This document shows, piece after piece, positions 8,997 through 19,622 of a stretch of 64,000 nucleotides of DNA. The notes under the pieces were generated by a model that was not told the origin of the DNA, did not search any database, and saw nothing but the letters and a program-made list of their open reading frames with translations. Made by a program: the position numbers and the translations under genes. Positions within the stretch are counted from its first letter, which is position 1, and every line of letters starts with the position of its first letter. Origin of the DNA: Planctomycetota bacterium (GTDB lineage: Bacteria > Planctomycetota > UBA1135 > UBA2386); assembly GCA_035649575.1 (NCBI GenBank), contig DASRJH010000085.1, positions 22,970-86,969 of the forward strand, written 5' to 3'.

Positions 8997-11119
8997 GCGG
9001 GCCGCTGATCTCGGTGGTGGTCGCGATCTCGGGTCCGGATGCAAACCCAGGTCCGGTGGTCGAGGGTATCGGCAAGGCGCTGATCGAGGCTGGCTACGGC
9101 TGTGAGTTCGTTTTCGTGCTCGACGGCCCGTCGGTGCGGTTCGAGCACGAACTGCGCGACCTTGCGACGTCGTGGTCCCTGCGCATCGTGCAGCTCGAGG
9201 GTGGCGGGCTCGGCGAGTCGATCGCGTTGTCGGCCGGCGTGGCGAAGGCGAAGGGGGAACACATCGTCAACGTGCCCGCGTATCTGCAGATCGAACCGTC
9301 CGAGATCATCAAGGTCGTCGCGGCCCTCGAAGCCGGTGCGGATTGCGTCGCGACGTGGCGGCACGGCCGCATCGACCCCTGGTTGAACCAGCTGCAGTCG
9401 CGGCTCTTCAACTGGCTCTTGCGCCTCGTCATGAACGCGCCGTTCCACGACCTGAACTCGGGCACGCGCGGTTTCCGCCGCCAGGTGCTCGAGGAGGTCG
9501 CAGTCTATGGCGAGCTCTACCGGTTCCTGCCCGTGCTCGCTCGCCGGCAGGGTTTTCGCGTCGCCGAAGTGCGCGTGCGTCACCGCGAGGAGAAGGGGCG
9601 CGCGGGCTTCTACGGCGTCGGCGTGTATCTGCGCCGCGTGCTCGACATCCTCGCGATCACGTTCCTGACGCGTTTCACGCAGCGGCCGCTGCGTTTCTTC
9701 GGGTACCTCGGGTTTGGCGCGGCAGTCCTCGGAGCCGCGATGACGGCCTGGCCGCTCTACCACAAGATCTTCGAGAACAAGAGTCTCAGCGACGACCCCG
9801 TCTTCGTGATCGGCGCGATCCTCGTGGCCTTCGGCGTGCAGCTGATCGGCTTCGGTCTGATCGGCGAGATCATCATCTTCACGCAGTCGCCGAACCTGCG
9901 CGACTACAAGGTCGAGGGCGTCGTCGAGGGTCGCGTGGCGTCCGCAGAGGCTGCGGGTGCTTCCGTTCCCGCTGCTGCTCCGGCGCCACCCGCCGAGGCC
10001 GAACCGCCGCCGGCGCCCGCGGTGCCGGCTGCAGCCGCAGCGCCGCCGCGGTCGCTGCGGGTCCGCGAACTGCAGCCCGGCGAGGATGCGCGGTGGGACG
10101 CTTACGTGAGCCAGCATGCGCTCGGCACGTTCTTCCATCGTTCGGGTTGGTCGCGTGTGGTCGACGAGACCTTCCGTCATCAGTCACACCACCTCGTCGT
10201 CGAACGAGACCGGCGGTGGCTCGGCGTCTTGCCGCTGTTCCTGACCAGGAGTCCATTCCTCGGCCGCAACCTCGTCAGCGCGCCCTACGCCGTCTACGGC
10301 GGCGTGCTCGCCGACGACGCGAAGGCCCAGTCGGCGCTGCTCGAGCGCGCGACGGCGCTCGGCCACGAACTGGGCGTCGGCTACGTCGAACTGCGTCACC
10401 TCGAAGTACGCCCGGGCGACCGGCCCACGACGCCGCTCTACGTGACCTTTCGCTGCCAACTGCCTCAGGATCCGGCCGAAGTCATGGTGCGCATTCCCAA
10501 GAGGGCCCGCGCCGAGGTGCGCTGTGCGCGCGACCCCGAGGCGCCTGCGACCGACAAGAAGCGGCAGTCATTCGGCATCAAGGTGACGCCTGACGGGTCC
10601 GTCGACGAGCTGTTCGCGTTGTTCGCCGACAACAAACGCCGGCTCGGTTCGCCGTCGCTGCCCAAACGCTGGTTCCGCGGCCTGCTCGACGAGTTCGGCC
10701 GCGCCGTCGTGATCCACCGCGCGGTCGATCCCGGTGGCCGCACGATCGCCGCGGTCATGAGCTTCTGCTTCAAGGACACGGTCCACGCCTACTACTCGGG
10801 TTCGCTCGCGCGCATCAACGACACCGGCGTCAACAACCTGATCTACTGCGCGATCATGGAGTGGGCCGTCACACAGGGCTACACGCGCTTCGACTTCGGC
10901 CGCAGCCGCGCGGACTCGGGGCCAGCGAGGTTCAAGAAGAACATGGGCTTCACGCCCGAGCCGCTGCACTACGAGTATCTGCTGGTCGGCAGTGGCGCGA
11001 AGATCCCCGAGTTCCACCCGAGCAATCCGAAACTGAACCTGCCGCGCGCGCTCTGGTCGCGCATGCCGATGTTCCTCGCGAACCAGCTCGGTGCGCGGTT
11101 GTCACGCTACATTCCGTGA
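8993..11119 (+). CDS. fusion of a degenerate ArnC/GtrB-like GT2 and a FemAB-related GNAT domain
   Basis: ATGA overlap with the upstream GT2. The N-half has HDLNSGTRGFRR, YGELYRFLP and two TMs, then an Ala/Pro linker. The C-half has TFFHRSGW, LVSAPYAVYGG, FDFGRS and FKKNMGF. Confidence 0.85.
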   Translation: MSGPLISVVVAISGPDANPGPVVEGIGKALIEAGYGCEFVFVLDGPSVRFEHELRDLATSWSLRIVQLEGGGLGESIALSAGVAKAKGEHIVNVPAYLQIEPSEIIKVVAALEAGADCVATWRHGRIDPWLNQLQSRLFNWLLRLVMNAPFHDLNSGTRGFRRQVLEEVAVYGELYRFLPVLARRQGFRVAEVRVRHREEKGRAGFYGVGVYLRRVLDILAITFLTRFTQRPLRFFGYLGFGAAVLGAAMTAWPLYHKIFENKSLSDDPVFVIGAILVAFGVQLIGFGLIGEIIIFTQSPNLRDYKVEGVVEGRVASAEAAGASVPAAAPAPPAEAEPPPAPAVPAAAAAPPRSLRVRELQPGEDARWDAYVSQHALGTFFHRSGWSRVVDETFRHQSHHLVVERDRRWLGVLPLFLTRSPFLGRNLVSAPYAVYGGVLADDAKAQSALLERATALGHELGVGYVELRHLEVRPGDRPTTPLYVTFRCQLPQDPAEVMVRIPKRARAEVRCARDPEAPATDKKRQSFGIKVTPDGSVDELFALFADNKRRLGSPSLPKRWFRGLLDEFGRAVVIHRAVDPGGRTIAAVMSFCFKDTVHAYYSGSLARINDTGVNNLIYCAIMEWAVTQGYTRFDFGRSRADSGPARFKKNMGFTPEPLHYEYLLVGSGAKIPEFHPSNPKLNLPRALWSRMPMFLANQLGARLSRYIP

Positions 11120-11132
11120 GCGGAGGCAGACG

Positions 11133-11384
11133 ATGACTTCTCCCGATACCCCGCCGCACGCTCCTCCCCGTTGGTCGCTCGCCTTCGTCGGCTTCTACTT
11201 GAGCTGTGCTGGCGTCGCGCTGGGGGCCACGTTCGCGGGCGGTGGCTACATGTTCTTCGGCTCGAAGGGCTGGCTCGTGTTCGGCATCGTCATGGTGATC
11301 GTGAGTGCCGTGACGTGCTTCCTGACGCTCTCGGCCGAGCGCAGAGCTGCGGCGGGCCGGTCGAATCGCGGGCCGAGCGCGTAG
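11133..11384 (+). CDS. small two-TM membrane protein
   Basis: GGAGG RBS upstream; two hydrophobic segments. Confidence 0.6.
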   Translation: MTSPDTPPHAPPRWSLAFVGFYLSCAGVALGATFAGGGYMFFGSKGWLVFGIVMVIVSAVTCFLTLSAERRAAAGRSNRGPSA

Positions 11385-11635
11385 GGACGTCGAGCAGTGC
11401 GCGACTCCGCCGTGCGGTTCTCGCTTCACGTCGACACGATTCCGCTCGCGGGTAAACGCCCAGAGATGCGTCGGGTCATGTAGGCGCGGTGCCACGGAGG
11501 GAATGCCGGCAGCAAGGGAGGATGCGCGTGGTCCTTGGTATTATACCAGGGCACTTGTCCCTCCTAGCTAGTGCCATCGTCTCGGCGCGACAGGCTTCGC
11601 GCGGAGCTTCTCCAGCCAGTTCGAGGCTCTTCACC

Positions 11636-13465
11636 ATGAATCCCCTTCTTTCGTCCCTTTGCGTGGTTTCGGCGCTGACTGCAGCGGCCACCGCGCAGTG
11701 CTTCGAGTCCAACTACGGCGTGCTCGCCGGCTACGGCGACGACGTGTTGTTCACGCCACAGCCGATGAACATCACCTTCCCGATGGCCGGCGTCGCAGCG
11801 AGCTACACGCACGCGCACATCAGCACGAACGGTGTGTTCTGGCTGACGACCGGTGCTGCAGGGATCGGCAGCACGATTTCGGGCTATCCGTCGCTCGCCA
11901 CCTACCTGGGCACGGCCGGCCAGTCGGCGCGCATCGCTCCCATGTGGATGGACCTCGACCACCTGCCAGCCAATGGCGGTGGCGTGTTCTACAACAACAC
12001 GATTCCCGGCAAGTTCGTAGTGACGTGGGCCAACGCCGAGGAGTGGGGCACACAAGCAACGACTCCGACGTTCACGGTCCAGGCGCAGCTGTTCGCGAAC
12101 GGCGACGTGATCTTCTTCTACAACTCGTCGACCTACGGGGCCAGCTACGTGAACCAACTCCAGTTGCGCTGCGGCCTCTCCGAGGGCAACGGCGTGGCGA
12201 ACCCTGGCTCGGTCGACTTGTCCGCGGGAAACATCAACCTGACTTCCTTCGTGATGTACGAGCAGTTCCCCCTCAACGTGTGGGACCTCCAGGGCACTTC
12301 GGTGACCTTTCTGTATGGCGGCACTGGCTACATACAGACAGCCAGCGCCTGCACTCCGGCCTACCACGAGAGCTACGGCTCGGGCTGCTACGACATCAGC
12401 GACTCGTTCTATCAATTCATTCCCACTGCGACGACGGCTCCGGCGATCCTCAACGGCCAGTCGATGGTCATGACGCCGGCTGGCAGCAATTACTCAGTGG
12501 TGTGGGGTGGTGCCACCTACGTGCCGCCGACCGGTGCGAGCACGATCACCCTCACCGACGACAGCGAAGCCGCGCAGCCGATCTCAGCTCCGTTCCCGAC
12601 CCCTGCGGGTCCGGTCAGCACTCTATACGTGGGATCGAACGGCATCGTCTCGGTCGCCGCCAACTCGAGTGCGCTGTCGTACACGCCTTATGCCCCCACG
12701 TTCTTGAACGCGCCTGTCATGGCTTGGTGGAGCTGGCACGACTACAATCCCGCCGAACCGGGCAGCGGCCAGGTGAAGTACCACGAAGCGACCGTGGGAC
12801 CGAACACGATTGCCTACATCACGTTCGATGGAGTCGAGAGCTACTCCACGCCGGCAGGGCCCAACCCGAGCACGCTGCAGTTCCAGTTCAACCTGACGAC
12901 CGGTGATGTGGCGATCGTATGGGTGACCATCGACGGCAACCCCACGAGCGCCTTTGGCAGCGCGCACCTGATCGGCTGGTCGCCCGGTGGCCCCTCGAGC
13001 GACGAGGGCAGCATCAACCTCGCCACGGCACTGCCGTTCGTCACGCAGTCGGCGAACATCTTCGCGATGAATCTGTCGGCTACGCCGTCGCCGGTCTCGA
13101 CCGCCACTTCGGGCACTCTCCTGACCTACACGACGACCAACATGATCGAGTACGCTCCGAGTTCTGGCGTCTACGTCGGCCTGAACATCCTGAGCGTCGC
13201 CCAGGTCCCAGGTGGGATCCCTCTGGCGATCCTCGGCGCCCCAGGCTGCAACGCCTACGTGGGCTCGCTCGACCTCCTGCAGGCGATGGTCGGCGTCACA
13301 TCGACCAACAGCGTGACGTTCCCGCTGCCAGCTGGCGTCCCGCAGGGCTTCCAGCTGTTCTCGCAGTCCGTTGGCCTGATCACTCCTTTCAGTCTGCCCA
13401 ATGGCCAGAATGCTGCAGGTTGGATAGTCAGCAACGGCCTGAAGAGTTACATCTCGGTGTTCTAG
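11636..13465 (+). CDS. exported beta-rich protein with two nidogen (NIDO)-like repeats and a C-terminal domain
   Basis: Signal peptide ending ATA|Q; two internal repeats (DD...FP...SxNG...W.D...Q...GDV); C-terminal GAPGC...FSQ...VSNG domain. Confidence 0.75.
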   Translation: MNPLLSSLCVVSALTAAATAQCFESNYGVLAGYGDDVLFTPQPMNITFPMAGVAASYTHAHISTNGVFWLTTGAAGIGSTISGYPSLATYLGTAGQSARIAPMWMDLDHLPANGGGVFYNNTIPGKFVVTWANAEEWGTQATTPTFTVQAQLFANGDVIFFYNSSTYGASYVNQLQLRCGLSEGNGVANPGSVDLSAGNINLTSFVMYEQFPLNVWDLQGTSVTFLYGGTGYIQTASACTPAYHESYGSGCYDISDSFYQFIPTATTAPAILNGQSMVMTPAGSNYSVVWGGATYVPPTGASTITLTDDSEAAQPISAPFPTPAGPVSTLYVGSNGIVSVAANSSALSYTPYAPTFLNAPVMAWWSWHDYNPAEPGSGQVKYHEATVGPNTIAYITFDGVESYSTPAGPNPSTLQFQFNLTTGDVAIVWVTIDGNPTSAFGSAHLIGWSPGGPSSDEGSINLATALPFVTQSANIFAMNLSATPSPVSTATSGTLLTYTTTNMIEYAPSSGVYVGLNILSVAQVPGGIPLAILGAPGCNAYVGSLDLLQAMVGVTSTNSVTFPLPAGVPQGFQLFSQSVGLITPFSLPNGQNAAGWIVSNGLKSYISVF

Positions 13466-13483
13466 CCCGCAAGTTCACGATTC

Positions 13484-13508
13484 GCCGCGCGCCCTCTCGG
13501 CGCGCGGC
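13484..13508. terminator. hairpin between convergent genes
   Basis: Perfect 10-bp stem, GCCGCGCGCC-CTCTC-GGCGCGCGGC. Confidence 0.6.
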
Positions 13509-13536
13509 ATGCCTCGGCTCGATCGTCGACTTCCTG

Positions 13537-14106
13537 CTACGCGGACGTTCGTGCTGGTCCGAGCAGCCAGGCAACGGCGGAAGCTAGATCGTCCGCTTCG
13601 TGGTCGGGCACGTGCCCTGCCTTCTGCAACATTGCGAGCTCGGCGCTTACCGGTTTGCCGCTGTGCAGGTAGACAGTGCGCAGCGGCAGGCCTTTCGCCA
13701 TCAGCAGGTCGCGTGCGCTGTCGCCGATCAAGACGCCGCCCGTGAACTCGACGCCGAGCAGCTCGCGTGCCTGATGCAGCAGGCCGGCGGCCGGCTTGCG
13801 ACAGGCGCAGGCGCCGCCGTATTCGCCGTTCGCGTCCGGATGGTGGGGGCAGTGCAGGTAGGCCTCGGGCAGCCCGCGCAGGCGGTCGTGCAGTACGGCG
13901 TGCACACGCGCCAGGTCGCTCTCGCTGTAGAGGCCGCGCGCGATGCCGCTCTGGTTCGTCAGGACCACGATGCGGTAGTCGGCATCGTGCAGCAGTTGCA
14001 GTGCGGGCACGACGCCGGCCAGGACTTCGAGCTGGTGGGGCTGCGACACGAATCCGACTTCGCGGTTCAGCGTGCCGTCGCGATCGAGGAAGACTGTCCG
14101 TCTCAC
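13537..14106 (-). CDS. gmhB: D-glycero-D-manno-heptose 1,7-bisphosphate phosphatase (HAD IIIA)
   Basis: FLDRDGT, TNQSGIARG, CPHHP...CACRKP and IGD. Confidence 0.88.
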   Translation of the reverse strand: MRRTVFLDRDGTLNREVGFVSQPHQLEVLAGVVPALQLLHDADYRIVVLTNQSGIARGLYSESDLARVHAVLHDRLRGLPEAYLHCPHHPDANGEYGGACACRKPAAGLLHQARELLGVEFTGGVLIGDSARDLLMAKGLPLRTVYLHSGKPVSAELAMLQKAGHVPDHEADDLASAVAWLLGPARTSA

Positions 14107-14573
14107 CAGGAACCGCCGACCGATCCAGACTCTGCGGCGCGTTCGGCCAGCAGTTCGAAGCCGAGCTTCGGCGCGTCGGTGCGAGGCAACCGGACATACA
14201 GTTCACCGGGCACGATGGCGCCGCGAACGCCGAACGGGAACACGAAGTCACCGGCGGTCCAGAAGAGCGGCAGCGGCGGCATCACGAGATCGTAGGCGCC
14301 GTCGATCCACATCGACGTGTAGCCCTCGGTGTACTGGTAGAGGTGCCGGGTCACGGTGCGGTAGCCCCGCTTGCTCAGCGACACGACGTGGTCGGTCCCG
14401 AAGTTGCCCGCGATTTCGAGGTGCGCTGGTGTCGTGCGGCCCGTGTCGCGACCGTCGATCGCGATGTGCGCACCGGCTGGATCGCTCGTGATCAACACCG
14501 GCTTCTGGCTCGTGAACCAGGTACAGGCACTGGCGGTCAGCAAAGGCAGCAGCAAGAGCGACCGGCAACGCAT
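14103..14573 (-). CDS. PEGA-domain lipoprotein
   Basis: Lipobox-like ASAC; ITSDPAGAHIAIDG, GRTTP and LSKRGY. Confidence 0.78.
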   Translation of the reverse strand: MRCRSLLLLPLLTASACTWFTSQKPVLITSDPAGAHIAIDGRDTGRTTPAHLEIAGNFGTDHVVSLSKRGYRTVTRHLYQYTEGYTSMWIDGAYDLVMPPLPLFWTAGDFVFPFGVRGAIVPGELYVRLPRTDAPKLGFELLAERAAESGSVGGSW

Positions 14574-14801
14574 GGTGCACATGGTATCGGCGCGCCACGC
14601 CTGTTTCGCCAAGGCCCACGGGAAGCGCGCGTCTTCCGGTCCACCGGCCGGGCGGTCGCGCTCGTGAGGATCCCGAACCAGATGCTTCTCCCTGGCCGTA
14701 GAGCCGGTAGCATCGTGCCTCGATACAGCGCCGTTCCGGCGGTCAACCGGCGGTGCTGAGAGGCGTTTTTGGAGCCCGGTCAGAGGCTTCCCAGGAGGCT
14801 C

Positions 14802-16040
14802 ATGTTCACTCTTCATGCTGCGTTCGGCCCCGAGCTGCCGGGGTTCCGAGGTCCGTTCTTCTTGCCTGCCGCGGCGGCCGTCTGCTTGTCGGTTGCACTC
14901 GCGTTTGCCCAGGAACAGGCGCCCGCGGCGAAACCGCAGGACGCGAAGCCACAGGCCGCGATTCCGCAAGCCGCGAAGCCCCAGGCCGCGACTTCGCAAG
15001 ACACGGCGCCAGCTGCGGCGGCGCCAAAGCTCGGGCGCGTGGTGGCCGATGCTGTCGCGCTGCGCTGCTGGCCGGGCAGTGTCGCGGCTCCGCCGGTCTA
15101 CGAGGATGCATTGCAGAAGGACCAGATCGTCGCGCTGGGCCGCAGCGAGAATGGCTTTCGCGCCGTGATCGTTCCGCTCGGTCCGCTCGGCTATGTGAGC
15201 CGCAAGTACGCGGTCGCAACCGCGGAGGGCAAGGTGACGACGAAGGGCGCCAAGGTGGCGTTCCGCTACCGCCCGCGCACCACCGAGGCGCCGGTCACGC
15301 AGCTCGCCGACGGCACGGAGCTGTTCGTCGTCGGAGAACAGGAGGATTGGTATCGGGTGCGTGTGCCCGGTGTCGAGGCCTGGGTTGCGGAAGCGGAGGT
15401 CCAGGTCGGTACCGACGGCGATGCCGAGCTCGCTGCGGGCTACGCCGCGTGGAAGACCCGCCAGCAAGCGGAGGTGCAGCAGCGGCTCGACCAGATCGCG
15501 ACGGCGCAGAAGCTCGAGGCGCAGAACAAGATCGACCTCGCCGCCGTGCAGATCGTGCAGGACGCCTTCGCGGCCGAGCTCGCCAAGCCCACCGTCGAGC
15601 AGAAGTTCGATCCGCTCACCGAAGCCATCGCAAAGCTCGAGGCGACGCTTGCTCCGGAGTCGGCCGGCAAGGCCGCCATCGAGTCGCTGAAGGGGCGCAT
15701 CAAGACGCAACGCTGGATCGCCGAGGCCACGATCGTGCGCGACAGCAAGCCGGCGCCCGTCGTCGATGCGACGACGCCCGAGAAGAAGGACCCGACCGAG
15801 CGTTTCCAGTCGATCGGCTGGTTGCGCTACGAACGGCGCCTCGCAGGTCCCGGCGTCTATTACCTCGAGAAGGGCGGTCAACGGCAGTATCTCGTGTCGT
15901 GCAACACGGGGCGCTACGACCTCGCCTTGTTCGTCGATCGCGAGATCGGCGTGCAGGGGCCACGCCGGCGGCCGGTCACGCAGACCATGACGGTGCTCGA
16001 CATCGAGCGTCTCGAAGTGCTGGGCACGGCCCGAATGTAG
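14802..16040 (+). CDS. exported protein with two bacterial SH3-like domains and a coiled coil
   Basis: AGGAGG RBS; signal ending AFA|Q; ELFVVGEQEDWYRVRVP and GYVSRKY SH3b-like motifs. Confidence 0.75.
   Translation: MFTLHAAFGPELPGFRGPFFLPAAAAVCLSVALAFAQEQAPAAKPQDAKPQAAIPQAAKPQAATSQDTAPAAAAPKLGRVVADAVALRCWPGSVAAPPVYEDALQKDQIVALGRSENGFRAVIVPLGPLGYVSRKYAVATAEGKVTTKGAKVAFRYRPRTTEAPVTQLADGTELFVVGEQEDWYRVRVPGVEAWVAEAEVQVGTDGDAELAAGYAAWKTRQQAEVQQRLDQIATAQKLEAQNKIDLAAVQIVQDAFAAELAKPTVEQKFDPLTEAIAKLEATLAPESAGKAAIESLKGRIKTQRWIAEATIVRDSKPAPVVDATTPEKKDPTERFQSIGWLRYERRLAGPGVYYLEKGGQRQYLVSCNTGRYDLALFVDREIGVQGPRRRPVTQTMTVLDIERLEVLGTARM
14928..15002 (+). repeat. 15-bp coding tandem repeat, 5 degenerate copies
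   Basis: Encodes the linker AKPQD-AKPQA-AIPQA-AKPQA-ATSQD. Confidence 0.8.
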
Positions 16041-16255
16041 GGCCAGGCTCCTGTCGCGGCGGGGCGACCCACGAACCGGCGCAGCGTTGCACCCAGCCGC
16101 CCGATCGCGGCGACGGAAGGCGCCTTGCCGTGGGCGGATCCCGGCCAGCTCGACATGCTGCGTAGACGCGGTTCGGCGACTGCCGAAGAAGGGGTGCTGC
16201 GTCGGCGGTTCCGGCGCGGACACCCGTTCTCCGTCCGGCTCGTCGCACCGCACCC

Positions 16256-17827
16256 TTGGATCTCCGTCGATCGTTTCTCGGGCCTGCCTGCGACTGCCTT
16301 GGCCGGCTCCTTGCCATCGTCGCGAGCGCTTCGCTGCTTGCGCTCCCGGCGCAGGCACCTCTGCCAGGTGGCGAGGCGCAGCCGGCACTCGCGTGGCAAC
16401 GGCACGGTGCGTTGCTGCTCGAGGCCGAGGACCCGGTCGGCGCCTGGGACGCGTTCCGCCGCGCGCTCGCGGATGGCAGCGTCGGGGTGGAGAGCCAGAT
16501 CGGACTCGGTCGCGTGCATCTCATGCTCGGCCGCAGCTGGCTCGCGCTGGCCTACGCGGAGGCCGCGATCACAGGCGATCCTGCGAACCAGAAGGCCATG
16601 GCGTTGTGCGTGCGGGCGCTGATCCGCTCGCGCGCCTTCGACGAAGCGGTGGCTCGCGCCGAGGCCTTCGTGGAGCGTGCTCCCGGAGCCGACTCGGAAT
16701 TGCTCGCGTCGCGCGCGTCCGCGTTGTTCCGCGTGCAGCGCATCGACGATGCGGCCGAGGCCTACCGTCAGGTGATCAACCTCGAACCGATGCATGCGGA
16801 AGGCCACCTGCGGCTCGGCTCGGGTCTGCTCGGTCCCAGCGAGGTCACGTCGTCGAGCGAGCTCAAAGAAGCCGTGACGGCTGCTGCCGCGGGTGATCGC
16901 GAGCGCGCGATCCGCATCCTCTTTGCGACCCTCGCGGTAGAGCCGGCGCATCCGGTCGCGCATCGGCTGCTCGGCGAGGCGCTCTTCGCACAGCGGTTTG
17001 CCTCGAGCATGGCCGCCAGTGATGCGGCCTTCCGCCGGCTCGCTGCCGTCTTGCCCGTACCCGACGTGAAGGACGTGCCGATCCGGGACTTCGTGCGCCG
17101 ATACGACGAGCTGTCGCCCTCGCGCCGCCTCGCGGTCGATCGCACCGCGGCGCTGTTCTCGCGGCACATCCCGCGTCTCGTGGCGGTCGGCGGGCGGCAC
17201 GACCTGCTCGGTGAACTCGAACGCACGACCGATGCGGGGCCGCGTCACAACCTGCGCGGCAAGCGCACCTTCGATGGTCGCGTGTGGGACGACGTGCGCG
17301 GTGTGGGCGGCATCCAGGCGGCGACCGGCATCGAGGCGCTCGACGACGCGGCGCAGTTCGGCTTCGACACGCTGGCCCACGAGATCGCGCACCAGGCGCA
17401 CTTCTTCAGTCTGTTGCCGCTGCAGCGCGCGCGCATCCGCGCGCTCTACCAGCGTGCGCTCGCCGGCGGACACTGCCTCGACTACTACGCGGCGAGCAAC
17501 GAAGCCGAGTACTTCGGCCAGGGTGTCGAGGCCTTCGCGAGCCTCGCGAAGCGACCGGGCGGCGAGACCACGCATGGTCACACGCGCTTCGAGTTGTACG
17601 CCGTGGACCGCGAGCTGCACGACTTCGTGGCGACGTTGGTCGACTACGATCCGCTGAAGCTGCCGGGCACTCGCGAACGCGTGCTCGAGGCGGCCGTGGC
17701 GGTCGCGCTGCGGTGCGGTCGGTCCGAGGACGCGCTGGTGGCCGCGACGATGATGAGCCCCGGACCCGAGCGCGAACGGCTGCTGGCCGAGGCCGAGCGC
17801 GCGGCTGCGGCCGCACGCTGTCACTGA
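16256..17827 (+). CDS. exported TPR protein with a zincin metallopeptidase-like domain
   Basis: Signal ending LPA|Q; TPR-like helices; HEIAH followed by YYAASNEAEYFGQGVEAF. Confidence 0.72.
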   Translation: MDLRRSFLGPACDCLGRLLAIVASASLLALPAQAPLPGGEAQPALAWQRHGALLLEAEDPVGAWDAFRRALADGSVGVESQIGLGRVHLMLGRSWLALAYAEAAITGDPANQKAMALCVRALIRSRAFDEAVARAEAFVERAPGADSELLASRASALFRVQRIDDAAEAYRQVINLEPMHAEGHLRLGSGLLGPSEVTSSSELKEAVTAAAAGDRERAIRILFATLAVEPAHPVAHRLLGEALFAQRFASSMAASDAAFRRLAAVLPVPDVKDVPIRDFVRRYDELSPSRRLAVDRTAALFSRHIPRLVAVGGRHDLLGELERTTDAGPRHNLRGKRTFDGRVWDDVRGVGGIQAATGIEALDDAAQFGFDTLAHEIAHQAHFFSLLPLQRARIRALYQRALAGGHCLDYYAASNEAEYFGQGVEAFASLAKRPGGETTHGHTRFELYAVDRELHDFVATLVDYDPLKLPGTRERVLEAAVAVALRCGRSEDALVAATMMSPGPERERLLAEAERAAAAARCH

Positions 17828-17902
17828 CCGGTCGCCCTGCTGCGACGTTGCTCGCGGGAACGGAGGGTTGCCCGGCCCGGCCCACTTCCTATTCTCTGCC
17901 TT

Positions 17903-19543
17903 ATGGCCGCCTACCGCGCACCCCGAGGCAAGACGATCACCTGTGCGAACTGGCAGATCGAGGCTGCCTACCGCATGGTCCAGAACAACCTGGACGCAGA
18001 AGTGGCCGAAGACCCCGAGCGGCTGATCGTCTACGGCGGCCTCGGCAAGGCCGCGCGCAATCCCGACGCGCTGCAGGGGATCCTCGCGACGCTGCGCCGG
18101 CTGCGACCCGAGCAGACGATGCTCGTGCAGTCGGGCAAGTGTGTCGGTGTGTTCACGACGCACGGCGATGCGCCGCGCGTGCTGCTCGCGAACAGCAACC
18201 TCGTCGGCGACTGGGCGAACTGGGACGAGTTCCGCCGGCTCGACGCGCTGGGTCTGATCATGTACGGCCAGATGACGGCGGGCTCGTGGATCTACATCGG
18301 CACCCAGGGCATCGTGCAGGGCACCTACGAGACGTTCGTCGCGGCCGGCAAGCGGCACTTCGGCGGCAACCTGAAGGGCCGGCTCGTGCTCACGGCGGGC
18401 CTCGGCGGTATGGGGGGCGCGCAGCCGTTGGCCGTGGCGATGGCCGGTGGTGTCTGCCTCGCGGCCGACGTCGATCGCTCGCGTATCGAGAAGCGCCTCA
18501 AGACGCGGTATCTCGACGAGCTCGTCGAGGATCCGAGGGACGCGTTGAAGGCGGCGTTCGAGAAGAAGCAGCGCGGCGTCGCGTGGTCGATCGGTGTGCC
18601 TTGCAACGCGACGGAGCTGCTGGCGGTCGTGCGCGACAGCGGCCACGTCCCGGACATGCTGACCGACCAGACCTCGGCGCACGACATGCTGGCCGGCTAC
18701 GTGCCCGACGGCATGACCCTTCAGGCGGCGAAGCAGCTGCGCGAACGCGATCCCAAGGCCTACCTCGTGCAATCGCGCCGCACGGTCGCGAGGCACGTGG
18801 CGCTGATGCTCGACCTGCAGGAGCGAGGCGCGGTCACCTTCGACTACGGCAACAACATCCGCACCGAAGCGCGCGACGCCGGCGTCGCCGAGGCATTCCG
18901 CATCAAGGGCTTCATCCCCGAATACATCCGGCCGCTGTTCTGCGAGGGGCGTGGCCCGTTCCGCTGGGTCGCGCTGAGCGGCAACCCGCAGGACATCGCG
19001 CGCACCGACCTCCTCGCGCTGCAACTGTTCGGCGACAACGTGTCGTTGCGCATGTGGATCGAGAAGGCGCAGAAGCAGATCGCGTTCCAGGGTCTGCCCG
19101 CGCGCATCCTGTGGCTCGGTTACGGCGAACGCGCGCGCTTCGGGCTGGCCGTGAACGAGCTCGTCGCGAAAGGAGAGCTCGAGGCACCGATCGTCTTCGG
19201 CCGCGACCACCTCGATTGCGGCTCGGTGGCTTCGCCGTATCGCGAGACCGAGTCGATGCGCGACGGCAGCGACGCGATCGCCGACTGGCCATTGCTCAAC
19301 GCGATGCTCAACGTCGCCGCGGGCGCGAGCTGGGTGTCGATCCACCACGGCGGCGGCGTCGGCATGGGCAAGTCGATCCACGCGGGCCAGGTCACGGTCG
19401 CCGACGGCACGGCCGCCGCGGCGGCGCGCATCCAGCGCGTCTTCACGTGCGATCCGGGAATCGGCGTGGCGCGGCACGCCGATGCCGGCTACGAGGCGGC
19501 GCGGGCGTTCGCGCGCGCGGCGAACGTCGACCTCGGTGGGTAG
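17903..19543 (+). CDS. hutU: urocanate hydratase
   Basis: [45 protein letters not shown] and HHGGGVG. Confidence 0.97.
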   Translation: MAAYRAPRGKTITCANWQIEAAYRMVQNNLDAEVAEDPERLIVYGGLGKAARNPDALQGILATLRRLRPEQTMLVQSGKCVGVFTTHGDAPRVLLANSNLVGDWANWDEFRRLDALGLIMYGQMTAGSWIYIGTQGIVQGTYETFVAAGKRHFGGNLKGRLVLTAGLGGMGGAQPLAVAMAGGVCLAADVDRSRIEKRLKTRYLDELVEDPRDALKAAFEKKQRGVAWSIGVPCNATELLAVVRDSGHVPDMLTDQTSAHDMLAGYVPDGMTLQAAKQLRERDPKAYLVQSRRTVARHVALMLDLQERGAVTFDYGNNIRTEARDAGVAEAFRIKGFIPEYIRPLFCEGRGPFRWVALSGNPQDIARTDLLALQLFGDNVSLRMWIEKAQKQIAFQGLPARILWLGYGERARFGLAVNELVAKGELEAPIVFGRDHLDCGSVASPYRETESMRDGSDAIADWPLLNAMLNVAAGASWVSIHHGGGVGMGKSIHAGQVTVADGTAAAAARIQRVFTCDPGIGVARHADAGYEAARAFARAANVDLGG

Positions 19544-19622
19544 TGGAACCGCTGCGCCACGCGGGCGCTTTCTGCTCGCTCGCCGGGCTGGCCCGCGCAA
19601 CCATATGGGCGCGTAGCAACTC

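Noticed and set aside
17903..19543. hutU without hutH/hutI/hutG as a novel pathway
   Set aside because: Dispersed hut genes are common, and the rest of the genome is not visible.
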